From positions 1 to 34,407 of IMG/VR virus record IMGVR_UViG_3300011339_000348: 34,407 bases of DNA; one strand, 5' to 3'. Position 1 is the stretch's first letter, and every line of letters starts with the position of its first letter. The notes beneath the pieces are model-generated. The model had not been told where the DNA came from, did not search any database, and saw nothing but the letters and a program-made list of their open reading frames with translations. Source of the stretch: a virus. Lineage: Duplodnaviria; Caudoviricetes. Below, in pieces: positions 18,289 to 27,904 of the stretch. A program made the translations under genes and the position numbers.

Positions 18289-20919
18289 ATGGCACAATAC
18301 GATTTTATGGATTACGGGGTTGGTTACGATTCCCAAGAAGAAGAACGCAAGCGCAGAGAGGCTGCGTTATTAGCACAACAACAAGCACAAGCACAAGATA
18401 TGGAAAATGGTGCGAACGCCGGTGGTATGCGTAGCCCAATGGACTTTGGTGACATAGTAGGATCAGCGTTCAATCAGCGTCTTGGTGCTGCCCAAAATAG
18501 ATTGAATGAAGCAACATCAGTATTCACAGACCCAGAAGCGGCATTACGAAAAAGATTAGGTGTTGCTCAACCAGAAGCGCAAGAAGAACCTACTCCAGTA
18601 AAACAAACGATTACAACTAATCCACAAACTGGTGAGCAAACAATGAAGATTGAGGGATCGGCAAGAGATTTAAGTGCCGCTAATCCATTGACACCAACCG
18701 TGTCAGGTCCTGTTGTTCCTACATTAGAAGGTCAAGCACCACCTGCTCCGCAAATGAGACAGCAAATGCAACCACCCGTTGATAATCAGCAACGACCCGT
18801 TGCTATTCCGCAACAATTGCCACCAGGTGGACCGATTAGTCCTGAGATGGCTAATATGCCAATTGCTCAACCACGATTACCACAGCCAGGCCCTGCAGTT
18901 CAAGTAGCAAGTGCGGCACCTGGCTTACCGCAAATGCCGCAAATGCAACAAGCACCGCAAGCACCTCGTCCGGCAGTGCCAGGATTGGCTGCATTGCCTA
19001 CGTTAGCACAAATGGGTATGGCAGCACAACAATCACAAGCAAGTCGTATAGCCGAAGGTCAAGGCGAAGGTGGCGCAACTATAGAAGATATACATCGTGA
19101 GGCAATCATTAATGGTGCTAATGAAAAAGATCCAGCAAAACGCCGTGATAGTTTTGCAACAATCATTGCTGATCCAAATGCTACTGAAGGTAATAAAGCA
19201 TTAGCACAAAACTTTATGTTTGATGATTATAAAAAGCAAAGAGGTATAGCCGAGGCTAATGACAAACTTGCTGAAGCTACACCAAATGATATGGCTCGTT
19301 ATATGAAAGAGCAAAAGAAAGAAGGTAGCTACATTAAGGCTATATTACTTGCTCGTTTGGGTCTAACAGACTTAGCACAAAAAGAAATGGAACTTATTAG
19401 TCCTACAATAACAATGAGTAGTGCTGTTGATAGTAAAGGTGAAAAATATGCTGCCGGTCGTGATAAAAATGGCAATATTGTAGTAGGGTTTGACGCTACT
19501 GGTAAAAAAATAGGTCAAGAAAAACTTGCAGAATTAAGCGCAGCCGCAATGCCAACAAAATCATTCTTGTTACCACAATCTGGTGGTGGGTTGATGCAGA
19601 AAACTATTATAGGTGCTGATGGTCAACCTCAAGTTATTACTGGACAAGTATTCACTGACCCACAAACTAATACAACTTACTTCCAAGCTGGTAACAAGCG
19701 TTATGATACTTCTGGCTTATCAACACCTGCACAGAACGTTCAAAATGTATTTGGTGCGGCTGCAGCCGGTAGCGCAGGTAAAGCAGGTGGTGAAGGCTTT
19801 ACACCGCAACCGTTACCAGCATTCCCAGGACAACAAGGTGGAGCACCAGCTTCATATGTAAATCCACAAGGAACACAACCAGCGGCTCCATCAGCTCCTG
19901 CAGATCCAGGTGCATTACGTAGAGCACAAAGTGATATTCAATCACTGACTAATGAATTAACATCGTCAAAATACAAATTACCTGACTCAAAACGAGAAGC
20001 AGATCGTGTTCGTTATTTGAATGATGAAATGGTTAAAGCACAACAACGCTTACAACAAGCGCAAGGTGCTCCAGCCGCAACGGCACCAGCATCTAACGCA
20101 CCTATGCCAACAGCTGGAATGCCCGTATGGCAACAAAGACAAAATGCCGCAATAGGACAAAAGCAAGCAGAAGAAACTATTCAAGTTGCCGGTAAGCGTA
20201 GTGAAAGTTTTAACAAGATACTTGATGAAGAAGTTCGCCCACAAGCACAAGCGGGTGATACAGTTAGTTCAGTTCGCAAACAACAGTTCGCTATCTTTGA
20301 TAGACCGGGTGTTGATAGTAATAAACTATTTGGCTTATATAATGCCGCACAAGAAGATCCAACTAATCAAAAGTTATCTATTGTCCGTGATATTTTTGGT
20401 GGAATATTCAAGCCAGAAGCAGAAGTTAGCCAAAGATTAGCACTATTAAACTTGACACCGCAAGAGAAATCAGCATTGACTGAATATAATATTGCTAATC
20501 AGCGTATCAATGCCGCAACACTAAAACAAACAGCAGGTCCTGGTTCTGTTAGTGATGCTGAACAACGTGCTAATAGAGAAAGCAACGTTGATCCTACTAA
20601 AGTACCAGCACTTGGTGCATACAACGCTATGGCACAAAGTCAGTTTAATGGTGACTTAGCAAGATACAAAGCAGACTGGGCTGACACTCAACCAGCAACT
20701 AATGCATTACAACTTGATAAAGCGTGGCGTAAAGAATCAGCATCGTTATCCGAAGTATATGGTAACATTGCTAAACAACGTGCTCAATTTATTGCAGGTA
20801 ATGGTGCAACAACTGCCGCGGTTCGTGAAGGTTATACAAAGTTCCCTATTCCAGAGTATGATCCTAATACAGGAACTTGGAAGAAAACTAAGCCAATAGC
20901 AGAAATATTAGGAAAATAA
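18289..20919 (+). CDS. Putative large internal virion/ejection protein
   Basis: 876 aa with P/Q-rich disordered stretches and helical regions; C-terminal GSVSDAE motif; synteny. Confidence 0.55.
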   Translation: MAQYDFMDYGVGYDSQEEERKRREAALLAQQQAQAQDMENGANAGGMRSPMDFGDIVGSAFNQRLGAAQNRLNEATSVFTDPEAALRKRLGVAQPEAQEEPTPVKQTITTNPQTGEQTMKIEGSARDLSAANPLTPTVSGPVVPTLEGQAPPAPQMRQQMQPPVDNQQRPVAIPQQLPPGGPISPEMANMPIAQPRLPQPGPAVQVASAAPGLPQMPQMQQAPQAPRPAVPGLAALPTLAQMGMAAQQSQASRIAEGQGEGGATIEDIHREAIINGANEKDPAKRRDSFATIIADPNATEGNKALAQNFMFDDYKKQRGIAEANDKLAEATPNDMARYMKEQKKEGSYIKAILLARLGLTDLAQKEMELISPTITMSSAVDSKGEKYAAGRDKNGNIVVGFDATGKKIGQEKLAELSAAAMPTKSFLLPQSGGGLMQKTIIGADGQPQVITGQVFTDPQTNTTYFQAGNKRYDTSGLSTPAQNVQNVFGAAAAGSAGKAGGEGFTPQPLPAFPGQQGGAPASYVNPQGTQPAAPSAPADPGALRRAQSDIQSLTNELTSSKYKLPDSKREADRVRYLNDEMVKAQQRLQQAQGAPAATAPASNAPMPTAGMPVWQQRQNAAIGQKQAEETIQVAGKRSESFNKILDEEVRPQAQAGDTVSSVRKQQFAIFDRPGVDSNKLFGLYNAAQEDPTNQKLSIVRDIFGGIFKPEAEVSQRLALLNLTPQEKSALTEYNIANQRINAATLKQTAGPGSVSDAEQRANRESNVDPTKVPALGAYNAMAQSQFNGDLARYKADWADTQPATNALQLDKAWRKESASLSEVYGNIAKQRAQFIAGNGATTAAVREGYTKFPIPEYDPNTGTWKKTKPIAEILGK

Positions 20920-20920
20920 A

Positions 20921-21622
20921 ATGGATCCAACATTACAAACAAAGATAGACGAAGCAAAAGCAAATGGCTACACTGATGAAGAAATCAGTGCTTATCTTGG
21001 TAGTCAATCTACTCCTGCTCCTCAACAAGGATTAGGTCCTATGGACCGTAGTGCAGAATACACTGGTTTAGCACAAGGTATGGGTATGAATGCATTAGGG
21101 AATGCTGTTGAGTATGGTGTTCCTGCAGCCGCAGCCGTGTATGGTGTAAAAAAACTTATTGATGCTTATAAAGGTCCTGTATCACCAGCGCAAGCCGCAC
21201 AAATGGGTCAAGCAGGACAAGCCGCACAAAATGTTGGGCAAGCAGTTCGTGCTACTGGAACAGGTGGCGCAGGTGCATTCAATCAAATGGCAAATCAGTT
21301 GAGTAATAATACAATACAATTTCCTAAAGGTCCTGTATCACCAGCACAAGTTACACCACCAACAAGTCCTTCACCGACACAAGCACCTGGTATGATGAGT
21401 CAAGGATTGGATTATGTAAATAAAATGAGACAGATCGCCGCAGAAAAGGTAATACAAAATGCAGGCAATATAGCAAAAGCAGGAGTAGGCATAGGTGCTA
21501 TGACTTACTCAGCCCCATTAGGTCCCCCCGTACCTAATAAAGGTCCTTATAGAGGAATGGAAATAAACCCAATGTCAGGTAGACCTTGGAGACCTGAAGA
21601 ACTTGCACAAATAAACAGATAA
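20921..21622 (+). CDS. Putative internal virion protein
   Basis: 233 aa; begins KIDEAKANGYTDEEISAYL; A/G/Q/P-rich; synteny. Confidence 0.5.
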   Translation: MDPTLQTKIDEAKANGYTDEEISAYLGSQSTPAPQQGLGPMDRSAEYTGLAQGMGMNALGNAVEYGVPAAAAVYGVKKLIDAYKGPVSPAQAAQMGQAGQAAQNVGQAVRATGTGGAGAFNQMANQLSNNTIQFPKGPVSPAQVTPPTSPSPTQAPGMMSQGLDYVNKMRQIAAEKVIQNAGNIAKAGVGIGAMTYSAPLGPPVPNKGPYRGMEINPMSGRPWRPEELAQINR

Positions 21623-21630
21623 GTATAGAT

Positions 21631-22062
21631 ATGACTACACAAGAACAACTAACACAAACCTTCAACAATAACTTTGTTGCTTATTATCGTGCTCACGTGG
21701 CACATATAAACATTATGGGTAGAAACTTTCGCAGTGACCACAAGTTACTTGAAGGTGTCTATACAAGACGACAAGACCAGATTGATGTTCTTGGAGAACT
21801 ACTACGCACATTAGATGATTATATGCCTTGTGAGATACAAGATGTATTAAATCAAAGTGAAATATCAACAGCAATCTTTGAAGAAGATGCGGATGGATTT
21901 TTAGAAGGAGTAAGAGATGATTTGGAACTACTTAAAGGAACATACGAAGAACTTATGGCTATTGCTGAAGACGAAGGTCACAAAGAAATAGCCAATTACG
22001 CTCAGGATCAAATATTAGATTTAGCAAAGAGTATTTGGATGCTAAACTCTACACTTAGTTAA
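21631..22062 (+). CDS. dps: Dps/ferritin-like protein
   Basis: HINIMGRNFRSDHKLLEGVY...IDVLGELLR and C-terminal IWML match the Dps pattern. A variant TAAGTA (21620-21625) lies 5 nt before the ATG. Confidence 0.85.
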   Translation: MTTQEQLTQTFNNNFVAYYRAHVAHINIMGRNFRSDHKLLEGVYTRRQDQIDVLGELLRTLDDYMPCEIQDVLNQSEISTAIFEEDADGFLEGVRDDLELLKGTYEELMAIAEDEGHKEIANYAQDQILDLAKSIWMLNSTLS

Positions 22063-22141
22063 GACACCTAAAACGCTATCAAGAACCAAGTGATTTTGTG
22101 TCTTTCTAACTTGGGCATCAACGAATAGGCAGGCGAGTTTG

Positions 22142-22630
22142 TTAAGCGTTTAACTTTTTATAAGCATAACTACCACGCAGAATGTAACCATTACGTTCGT
22201 GTAGTTTCAGAAACGCATTTTGCTCTCTACGCATTGTAGAACTACATACCACACTAACTTCACACAATCGTGCCCAATCTTCCCATATGGTTAGCATATC
22301 TTTTACTAATGCTACTCGTAGCCTTGATGATAATCTTAAATCAAGGTGAGCAATACGAACGGATACCATCTCATCATCACTCCAAACCGCTCGTTCGCCC
22401 CTCGTAGCCCAAGTATAGGCTAATAGATTGTTATTTTCATCAACAGCAATACTAACAAGTTGTGTAAGAGGTCCGTAAAACTGATTGATAACAGCGAGTG
22501 TAAGATTACGCTGATAGATTACGGGTTCTGGAGTAAAGATGCCATCAGTTTCAATAAGAAAATGTTCAATAGCCATATCAACGATATGTTTTACATCTAA
22601 TCCATTTGCGGGGCGCCAAGTATAATTCAT
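22142..22630 (-). CDS. GNAT-fold (acetyltransferase-like) protein
   Basis: YTWRPANGLDV start and FLKLHERNGY end fit a GNAT pattern. Own SD (aaaggaa) and TAAATA on the minus strand. Confidence 0.6.
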   Translation of the reverse strand: MNYTWRPANGLDVKHIVDMAIEHFLIETDGIFTPEPVIYQRNLTLAVINQFYGPLTQLVSIAVDENNNLLAYTWATRGERAVWSDDEMVSVRIAHLDLRLSSRLRVALVKDMLTIWEDWARLCEVSVVCSSTMRREQNAFLKLHERNGYILRGSYAYKKLNA

Positions 22631-22651
22631 TTCTATTCCTTTATAATATGA

Positions 22652-22671
22652 TATTTAACGAAACATAAATA
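22652..22671. promoter_or_regulatory. Divergent pair of TAAATA motifs
   Basis: TATTTA at 22652-22657 (minus-strand TAAATA, for the gene at 22630) and TAAATA at 22666-22671 (for the gene at 22693). Confidence 0.75.
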
Positions 22672-22692
22672 TATGTTTAGGAAAAGAATAGA

Positions 22693-23814
22693 ATGAGATT
22701 TCATATATTGGGCTTGCCCCACACAGTAACAAGTAAAGAATATGTCGCTTGCGCTTACACACAAAAAGTGTGGAAGTTTGGTAAGATGATGAAAAAGTTA
22801 GGGCACGAAATAATACATTATGGTCACGCTGATAGTGATGTGATTTGTGATGAACACGTTACCGTTATTGACAACGGTGATTTACAAAAAGCATATGGTT
22901 CATACGACTGGCGTAAAAACTTCTTTAAGTTTGACAACAACGACCACGCTTACACTACATTTTTCTCTAACGCTATAAGAGAAGTAGGCAAAAGAAAACA
23001 AAAAAACGATTTTATACTACCATTCTGGGGATCAGGAGTAAAACCTATCTGTGATGCTCATACAGATATGATATGTGTAGAGCCAGGCATTGGATATGCT
23101 GGTGGTCATTTCGCAAAATGGAAGATATTTGAAAGTTATGCTATCTATCACGCCTATTGTGGCTTACAAAATGTAGGTAGTTGTAATCAAGGATGGTATG
23201 ATGTTGTTATTCCAAACTATTTTGACCCAGATGATTTTACATACAAAGATGTAAAGCAAGATTACTTCTTATTCTTGGGTAGAGTGTATGAAGGTAAGGG
23301 TATTCATATCGTCAATCAAATAGCAGAGAAGTTACCACATATCAATGTTGTTGTTGCAGGACAGAATCCAGACAATATCAAGTTTCCTGACAACGTATTG
23401 TTTGCTGGTTATGCTGATACAGAGACACGCAGAGAACTAATGGCTAATGCTAAGGGTGCGTTCGTTCCCAGTCAGTATGTAGAGCCATTTGGTGGCGTTC
23501 AAATAGAACTATTGATGAGTGGCACACCTACAATCACAACAGATTGGGGAAGTTTCGCAGAGAACAACATTCACGGAGTCACTGGATATCGTTGTAGAAC
23601 ATTTGAGCAATTCTTATGGGCTACAGAGAACATAGAAAATATTAAACCAAAAGATTGTAGAACTTGGGCAGAGAACTACACATTAGACAAAGTAGCCCCA
23701 ATGTATGAGGAATACTTTCAAAGCATATTAAACATACATACAGGCAATGGATGGTATGAGCCTAATGATAAAAGAACCAATTTAGATTGGTTAAAGAAAG
23801 ATTATCCTAAATAA
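22693..23814 (+). CDS. Glycosyltransferase (GT-B, family 4-like)
   Basis: VIPNYFD, YFLFLGRV..GKG and EPFGGVQIE (ExFG-x4-E) followed by SGTPTITTDWG...G.TG. Confidence 0.92.
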   Translation: MRFHILGLPHTVTSKEYVACAYTQKVWKFGKMMKKLGHEIIHYGHADSDVICDEHVTVIDNGDLQKAYGSYDWRKNFFKFDNNDHAYTTFFSNAIREVGKRKQKNDFILPFWGSGVKPICDAHTDMICVEPGIGYAGGHFAKWKIFESYAIYHAYCGLQNVGSCNQGWYDVVIPNYFDPDDFTYKDVKQDYFLFLGRVYEGKGIHIVNQIAEKLPHINVVVAGQNPDNIKFPDNVLFAGYADTETRRELMANAKGAFVPSQYVEPFGGVQIELLMSGTPTITTDWGSFAENNIHGVTGYRCRTFEQFLWATENIENIKPKDCRTWAENYTLDKVAPMYEEYFQSILNIHTGNGWYEPNDKRTNLDWLKKDYPK

Positions 23815-23828
23815 GTTATAAATACATT

Positions 23829-24179
23829 ATGGAAAAGACAGAAACAACAGTAAAGAAACCAAGAGGCAAGGGCGGTGCTCGTCCAGGTGCGGGCAGACCT
23901 AAAGGTGGCACTAATCAAGTATCAGTCAATGGATTATTAGCCGCGTTGGAAAGAAAAACAAAAGGTGTTGGTTATGAAACGATATTGATGGAAGACTTCA
24001 TCAATGCCAGAGAGAGCAAGGATCATCAGTTAGTCATTAAATATCACAACCTAATATTGAATAAGTTAATGACACACATTAGCAAGATTGAGATTACTGA
24101 TAGCCAAGACACTATTGATATGAAGCAAAAAGCCTTTACAGATGCATTGGCTAAACTCGCAGGAATAAAGAAAGACTAA
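23829..24179 (+). CDS. Basic protein, terminase-small-subunit-like N-terminus
   Basis: GGARPGAGRPKG motif. TATAAATA (23817-23824) lies 4 nt before the ATG. Confidence 0.55.
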   Translation: MEKTETTVKKPRGKGGARPGAGRPKGGTNQVSVNGLLAALERKTKGVGYETILMEDFINARESKDHQLVIKYHNLILNKLMTHISKIEITDSQDTIDMKQKAFTDALAKLAGIKKD

Positions 24180-24187
24180 ATAGTGTT

Positions 24188-24412
24188 ATGGCTACTAAAA
24201 AAGTAAAACTAAGTGTTGGCAGAGGTGAGAAATTACCTGTAAGCAAAGGCGCTGGTTTAACTGCTAAAGGTCGTGCCAAGTATAACAAGGCTACTGGTAG
24301 TGATTTGAAAGCACCAACTAAAAGTGGTCCTAGACAAAAGAGTTTTTGTGCTAGAAGCAGTAGTTGGGACGGCGAACGAGGCAAAGCCGCAAGAAAGAGA
24401 TGGGGATGTTAA
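24188..24412 (+). CDS. Small basic phage protein
   Basis: GLTAKGRAKYN...LKAP...RQKSFCAR...RWGC. TAAATA (24177-24182) lies 5 nt before the ATG. Confidence 0.75.
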   Translation: MATKKVKLSVGRGEKLPVSKGAGLTAKGRAKYNKATGSDLKAPTKSGPRQKSFCARSSSWDGERGKAARKRWGC

Positions 24413-24413
24413 T

Positions 24414-24569
24414 ATGAAAAACGGACTATACGCAAACATAAACGCCAAGCGAGAACGCATAAAAGCGGGATCGGGTGAGAAGATGCGTAAGCCGGGTACT
24501 AAAGGTGCACCAACAGCTAGTGCGTTTAAGCAATCAGCAAAAACGGCTAAGAAAACAAAGACTAAATAA
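24414..24569 (+). CDS. Small basic phage protein (51 aa)
   Basis: Start re-called just after the previous stop: MKNGLYANINAKRERIKAGSGEKMRKPG... Confidence 0.7.
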   Translation: MKNGLYANINAKRERIKAGSGEKMRKPGTKGAPTASAFKQSAKTAKKTKTK

Positions 24570-24573
24570 TAAT

Positions 24574-24723
24574 ATGCCATTAATCAAATCAACTAGTAAA
24601 CAAGCATTCAAAAAGAATATTGGTAAAGAGATTGCTGCCGGGAAACCCCCTAAGCAAGCAGTAGCTATTGCTTACGCTACTAAAAAACAGGCAGCAAAGA
24701 AAACAAAAGGAAAATCAAAATGA
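24574..24723 (+). CDS. Small basic phage protein (49 aa)
   Basis: Start re-called: MPLIKSTSKQAFKKNI...PKQAVAIAY. TAAATA (24563-24568) lies 5 nt before the ATG. Confidence 0.7.
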   Translation: MPLIKSTSKQAFKKNIGKEIAAGKPPKQAVAIAYATKKQAAKKTKGKSK

Positions 24724-25076
24724 AATTTGAAAAAGTAAACCCAGCAACTGGTGCCGCAAGCCCCGGTTACAGTCGTAACAACTCAGCTAGTGTATTAGTT
24801 AATCATCATTCTGGAACTATGAATGATGGTAAACTAATCAACAAGGGTCGTGGTCCTACTGTTGGTAATCACAGTGATGACGATAGCACATATCCTGATG
24901 CGGCTCGTATGCCTAAGTCAGGCTTAGGTAAAGAAACGTTTATGGGCAGTGCTAATCCACAAGTTCGTACACCTGGTGGCACACGTGCTTGGGATCCAAA
25001 GGCTGGTCAAAACTATAAGGGCAACGCCGATAGTATTAATATGGGTCGTGGTCCAACTAAAGGGAATCAACGATAA
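24720..25076 (+). CDS. Hypothetical G/N/P-rich protein
   Basis: 118 aa, ATGA overlap, SD aagga; INxGRGPTxGN occurs twice. Confidence 0.7.
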   Translation: MKFEKVNPATGAASPGYSRNNSASVLVNHHSGTMNDGKLINKGRGPTVGNHSDDDSTYPDAARMPKSGLGKETFMGSANPQVRTPGGTRAWDPKAGQNYKGNADSINMGRGPTKGNQR

Positions 25077-25444
25077 TGGCTATTCAATCATATCAAGTTA
25101 CAGGACTAACTCACAAAGTAACTGCCACTTCAAGTAGCAGTTCAATTAACATTACTCCTACAGAAGCAGGCACAAGTTTTAGTGGCGCAGGTGGTCCTTA
25201 CTTCTTAAAGATTACTAATGGTAGTGCTACTGAAAACATTTACTTTGCTACTGGCACAGCAAATTTAACAGCAACTATACCAACAGGTGATGGTGCAAAT
25301 GCAGGTAGTTGCGTAATTCCAGCATATGCTGAAGTTATTGTACAAGTTGCCGCACAATCAAATACACCAACAACGATTTATGTTGCTAGTGTAGCCGCAA
25401 ATTCAAGCCCAGTGTACATTACACCAGTGGCAATATTAAGTTAA
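25076..25444 (+). CDS. Small beta-rich putative virion/decoration protein
   Basis: 122 aa, T/S/A-rich, ends VYITP; translationally coupled to the previous gene. Confidence 0.6.
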   Translation: MAIQSYQVTGLTHKVTATSSSSSINITPTEAGTSFSGAGGPYFLKITNGSATENIYFATGTANLTATIPTGDGANAGSCVIPAYAEVIVQVAAQSNTPTTIYVASVAANSSPVYITPVAILS

Positions 25445-25459
25445 TAAAGGAAAAATATT

Positions 25460-26284
25460 ATGACAGTCATTAGAACGGATCTAATCCCAAATTTATACGC
25501 TAACCCAATCGTAAGCATTAGCAAGGCAGACCCAGCAGTAGTTACAGTTCCTGTAGTTGCCGCAATCGTTAGCACAACAGGCACTATTGGCACAGTAAGT
25601 GGTTCAGGTACTAGTGGTACTCCTTGGACTGCTACAATCACATTGATGAGTGCAGTAACAGGATTAAAATCAGGCAGCATCATTACTTCAACTGCAGGCA
25701 CTGGCACTTTTGCCGCAGGCGGCGTAGTAAGTGTTAAAGAAGTTACTGGTAATAAGAGTATTACAATCAATAAGATTGGTGGCACTATTCCTACAGCAGG
25801 AACAGTTACTAACATTTCATTACCAGCAACTAGCACATTACCTACATTTTTAGTTGACGGTGAGCCTATATTGTTTACTAATCCAGGTAATAAACTTACA
25901 TTTGCAAGTTCTACTGGAACATTCCAAGCAGGTGAAAACATCAGTCAAGCTACAAGTCTTGCTACAGGTATTGTTACAAACGTATTGCCAACAAGTATTG
26001 AATACATAGCAACTGCTAATGTGTTTAACACCGCTAACGTAGTTACTGGTGGTTCTAGTGGTGCTACTACAACTCCAACAGTAGTAACAGGTATGAACCA
26101 ATTACTAACAGCAGGCGAGAACGGTACTAATCAGTATTACTACAAAAATGTAACTTCAACAACTTTTGAATTGTATACAGATGATGCACTAAGTGTTGGT
26201 GCCAATACTACTACGTTTACCACATACACAGCAAACGCTGGACAATATACAGTTACCGATGTAGTAGAAATCACAACTCCTTAA
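25460..26284 (+). CDS. Thr/Gly-rich putative virion protein
   Basis: 274 aa; ISKADPAVVT, TFQAGENISQ and QYYYK...TFELYTD segments; SD aagga. Confidence 0.6.
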   Translation: MTVIRTDLIPNLYANPIVSISKADPAVVTVPVVAAIVSTTGTIGTVSGSGTSGTPWTATITLMSAVTGLKSGSIITSTAGTGTFAAGGVVSVKEVTGNKSITINKIGGTIPTAGTVTNISLPATSTLPTFLVDGEPILFTNPGNKLTFASSTGTFQAGENISQATSLATGIVTNVLPTSIEYIATANVFNTANVVTGGSSGATTTPTVVTGMNQLLTAGENGTNQYYYKNVTSTTFELYTDDALSVGANTTTFTTYTANAGQYTVTDVVEITTP

Positions 26285-26293
26285 GGAAACAAA

Positions 26294-26593
26294 ATGTTAT
26301 CAACAAAAAACTTACAAGCCAAACCAATCAATCAAAAGCGCGGTCCTACAACAGGTAATGCTGGTACACCAACTAAGCGTAATGATTTTATGGATGCTAA
26401 ATCTACTAGTTCAGGCGAAAAAGCAACACTAGCTAAAATGGTTACAGACGCACTTGAAATGCGTGGTCGTGGTCAAGCAGGAACTGTTAATCCAGCATTA
26501 GAAGGTGTCAGTAGCAATACTAATACAGGTCCTAAAAAGAACTCTACAGCAGATGGTGCTAAACTACCAAGCAAATACAAGTCACCAAAATGA
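26294..26593 (+). CDS. Hypothetical basic protein
   Basis: 99 aa; SD aagga; contains RGPTTGN, similar to the motif in ORF 24720. Confidence 0.65.
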   Translation: MLSTKNLQAKPINQKRGPTTGNAGTPTKRNDFMDAKSTSSGEKATLAKMVTDALEMRGRGQAGTVNPALEGVSSNTNTGPKKNSTADGAKLPSKYKSPK

Positions 26594-26742
26594 TGACTAA
26601 AACTGTTAAGCCAAAAGTAACTAAAAAATCTGCAACTAAAACTGTTGCACCTAGTAAGTTCAAAAAGCCTAATCGCCCAAATCCTGGTAGGTCAGGCCCA
26701 GCAGGACAAAAAGGTGCATTAGGCGCAACTAGCGGCTACTGA
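26590..26742 (+). CDS. Small Lys-rich protein (50 aa; not in ORF track)
   Basis: ATGA overlap; MMTKTVKPKVTKKSATKTVAPSKFKKPNRPNPGRSGPAGQKGALGATSGY. Confidence 0.55.
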   Translation: MMTKTVKPKVTKKSATKTVAPSKFKKPNRPNPGRSGPAGQKGALGATSGY

Positions 26743-26743
26743 G

Positions 26744-26751
26744 TATAAATA
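26744..26751 (+). promoter_or_regulatory. TATAAATA late-promoter-like motif
   Basis: Exact T4 late consensus; followed by the hairpin aaagagac-atttgt-gtctcttt. Confidence 0.7.
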
Positions 26752-26801
26752 GAAAGAGACATTTGTGTCTCTTTTATTGTTTTGATATGAAAGGAAATTA
26801 T

Positions 26802-27608
26802 ATGAATAGAAAAACAACACCAACCGACAACACTTGGGACATTGCTCCCACTCCTCAAGATCCTACTGACATTGTAGAAGAAGTCAAGCAGGAAAAACTA
26901 AAATCAAGAAAACAAATCGTAGAAGATAAAACAATATTAACTCATCCAGAGTTTGATATTGATGGATTAATGACAGACTTCCCTACGGCTACTGAGCTTG
27001 AACGTTTTGTGTATGACCAAAGAGGTATAGTATTAAATCTAAAAGGTCGTGCTAACAAACTAAAATATCAAGTAGCAATGGATGTATTAAATGGAGTTGA
27101 AGTAGATCCTAAGTTTATTGGTAGTGATAATCCATATATTGATAGAACTGAACTAGTTCCTATTGATGCACTTAAGGTTGTGCCAGATCGTGATAGAACA
27201 TTGCCACCATCTACTGAAGTTCAAAATACATTTTATGTTCCTACATTCCCTCATCCAGATGAAGAAGCACGTGCTAAGGATATGAAATGTCATATGGTAT
27301 TCCGTAAATATAAAAATGGTATGATTAGCTATGAGATATTAGGTCCATTACAAGAACGACCAGTTGGTGAAAAGATTGACAAGTTTGGTCGCACTCGCCC
27401 TGAAGTTATTAAATGGTTTGATCCTCGTAGTGGTGAACAAGTTGTTCAGCGTGAAGATGGTACATTGACTCCAACTGGTAAAAAGCTACGTGGCACTATG
27501 CAAACATATCGTGTTAATAAATCTAATCAATGGGAAGTATGGGTAGACCGTGAGTTCATTACATTGAATGATGCTGTGAAAAATAACCCTTGGGACTTAA
27601 CCAAATGA
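26802..27608 (+). CDS. Hypothetical protein
   Basis: Start re-called at ATG 26802 after SD aaggaa; 268 aa; no family recognised. Confidence 0.75.
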   Translation: MNRKTTPTDNTWDIAPTPQDPTDIVEEVKQEKLKSRKQIVEDKTILTHPEFDIDGLMTDFPTATELERFVYDQRGIVLNLKGRANKLKYQVAMDVLNGVEVDPKFIGSDNPYIDRTELVPIDALKVVPDRDRTLPPSTEVQNTFYVPTFPHPDEEARAKDMKCHMVFRKYKNGMISYEILGPLQERPVGEKIDKFGRTRPEVIKWFDPRSGEQVVQREDGTLTPTGKKLRGTMQTYRVNKSNQWEVWVDREFITLNDAVKNNPWDLTK

Positions 27609-27904
27609 ACGATGTAAGAGACAGTGTTATTCGTCAGGCACAACAGCAAGCAAAAACAAGCGACACATTAATTATGCAAAAGATTAATGCTAGTCATCGT
27701 GTTGCTTTTGCTGAGAAGTTTCCTGGTCAATGTGAACACATACTACGATTACTAACAGAACGATTACAAGCAGGACTTGATAAGCGTGATGGTGTATTGA
27801 TTGAAGATGTAAGTACTTGGAAACTATCACCACAAGAACTTAAAGATTTAAGTAAAGCACTTGAAGCAATATACTTTGTCCATAAAAGTTTGAAAGCAGA
27901 GTAA
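27605..27904 (+). CDS. Small helical protein upstream of terL (possible terminase small subunit)
   Basis: ATGA overlap with the previous stop and TAATG coupling to terL; function from synteny only. Confidence 0.5.
   Translation: MNDVRDSVIRQAQQQAKTSDTLIMQKINASHRVAFAEKFPGQCEHILRLLTERLQAGLDKRDGVLIEDVSTWKLSPQELKDLSKALEAIYFVHKSLKAE

Noticed and set aside
24324-24573. ORF-track starts at 24324 and 24475 (also 9635, 26763, 27590)
   Set aside because: Downstream ATGs at 24414, 24574, 9653, 26802 and 27605 have better SD, promoter or coupling support.
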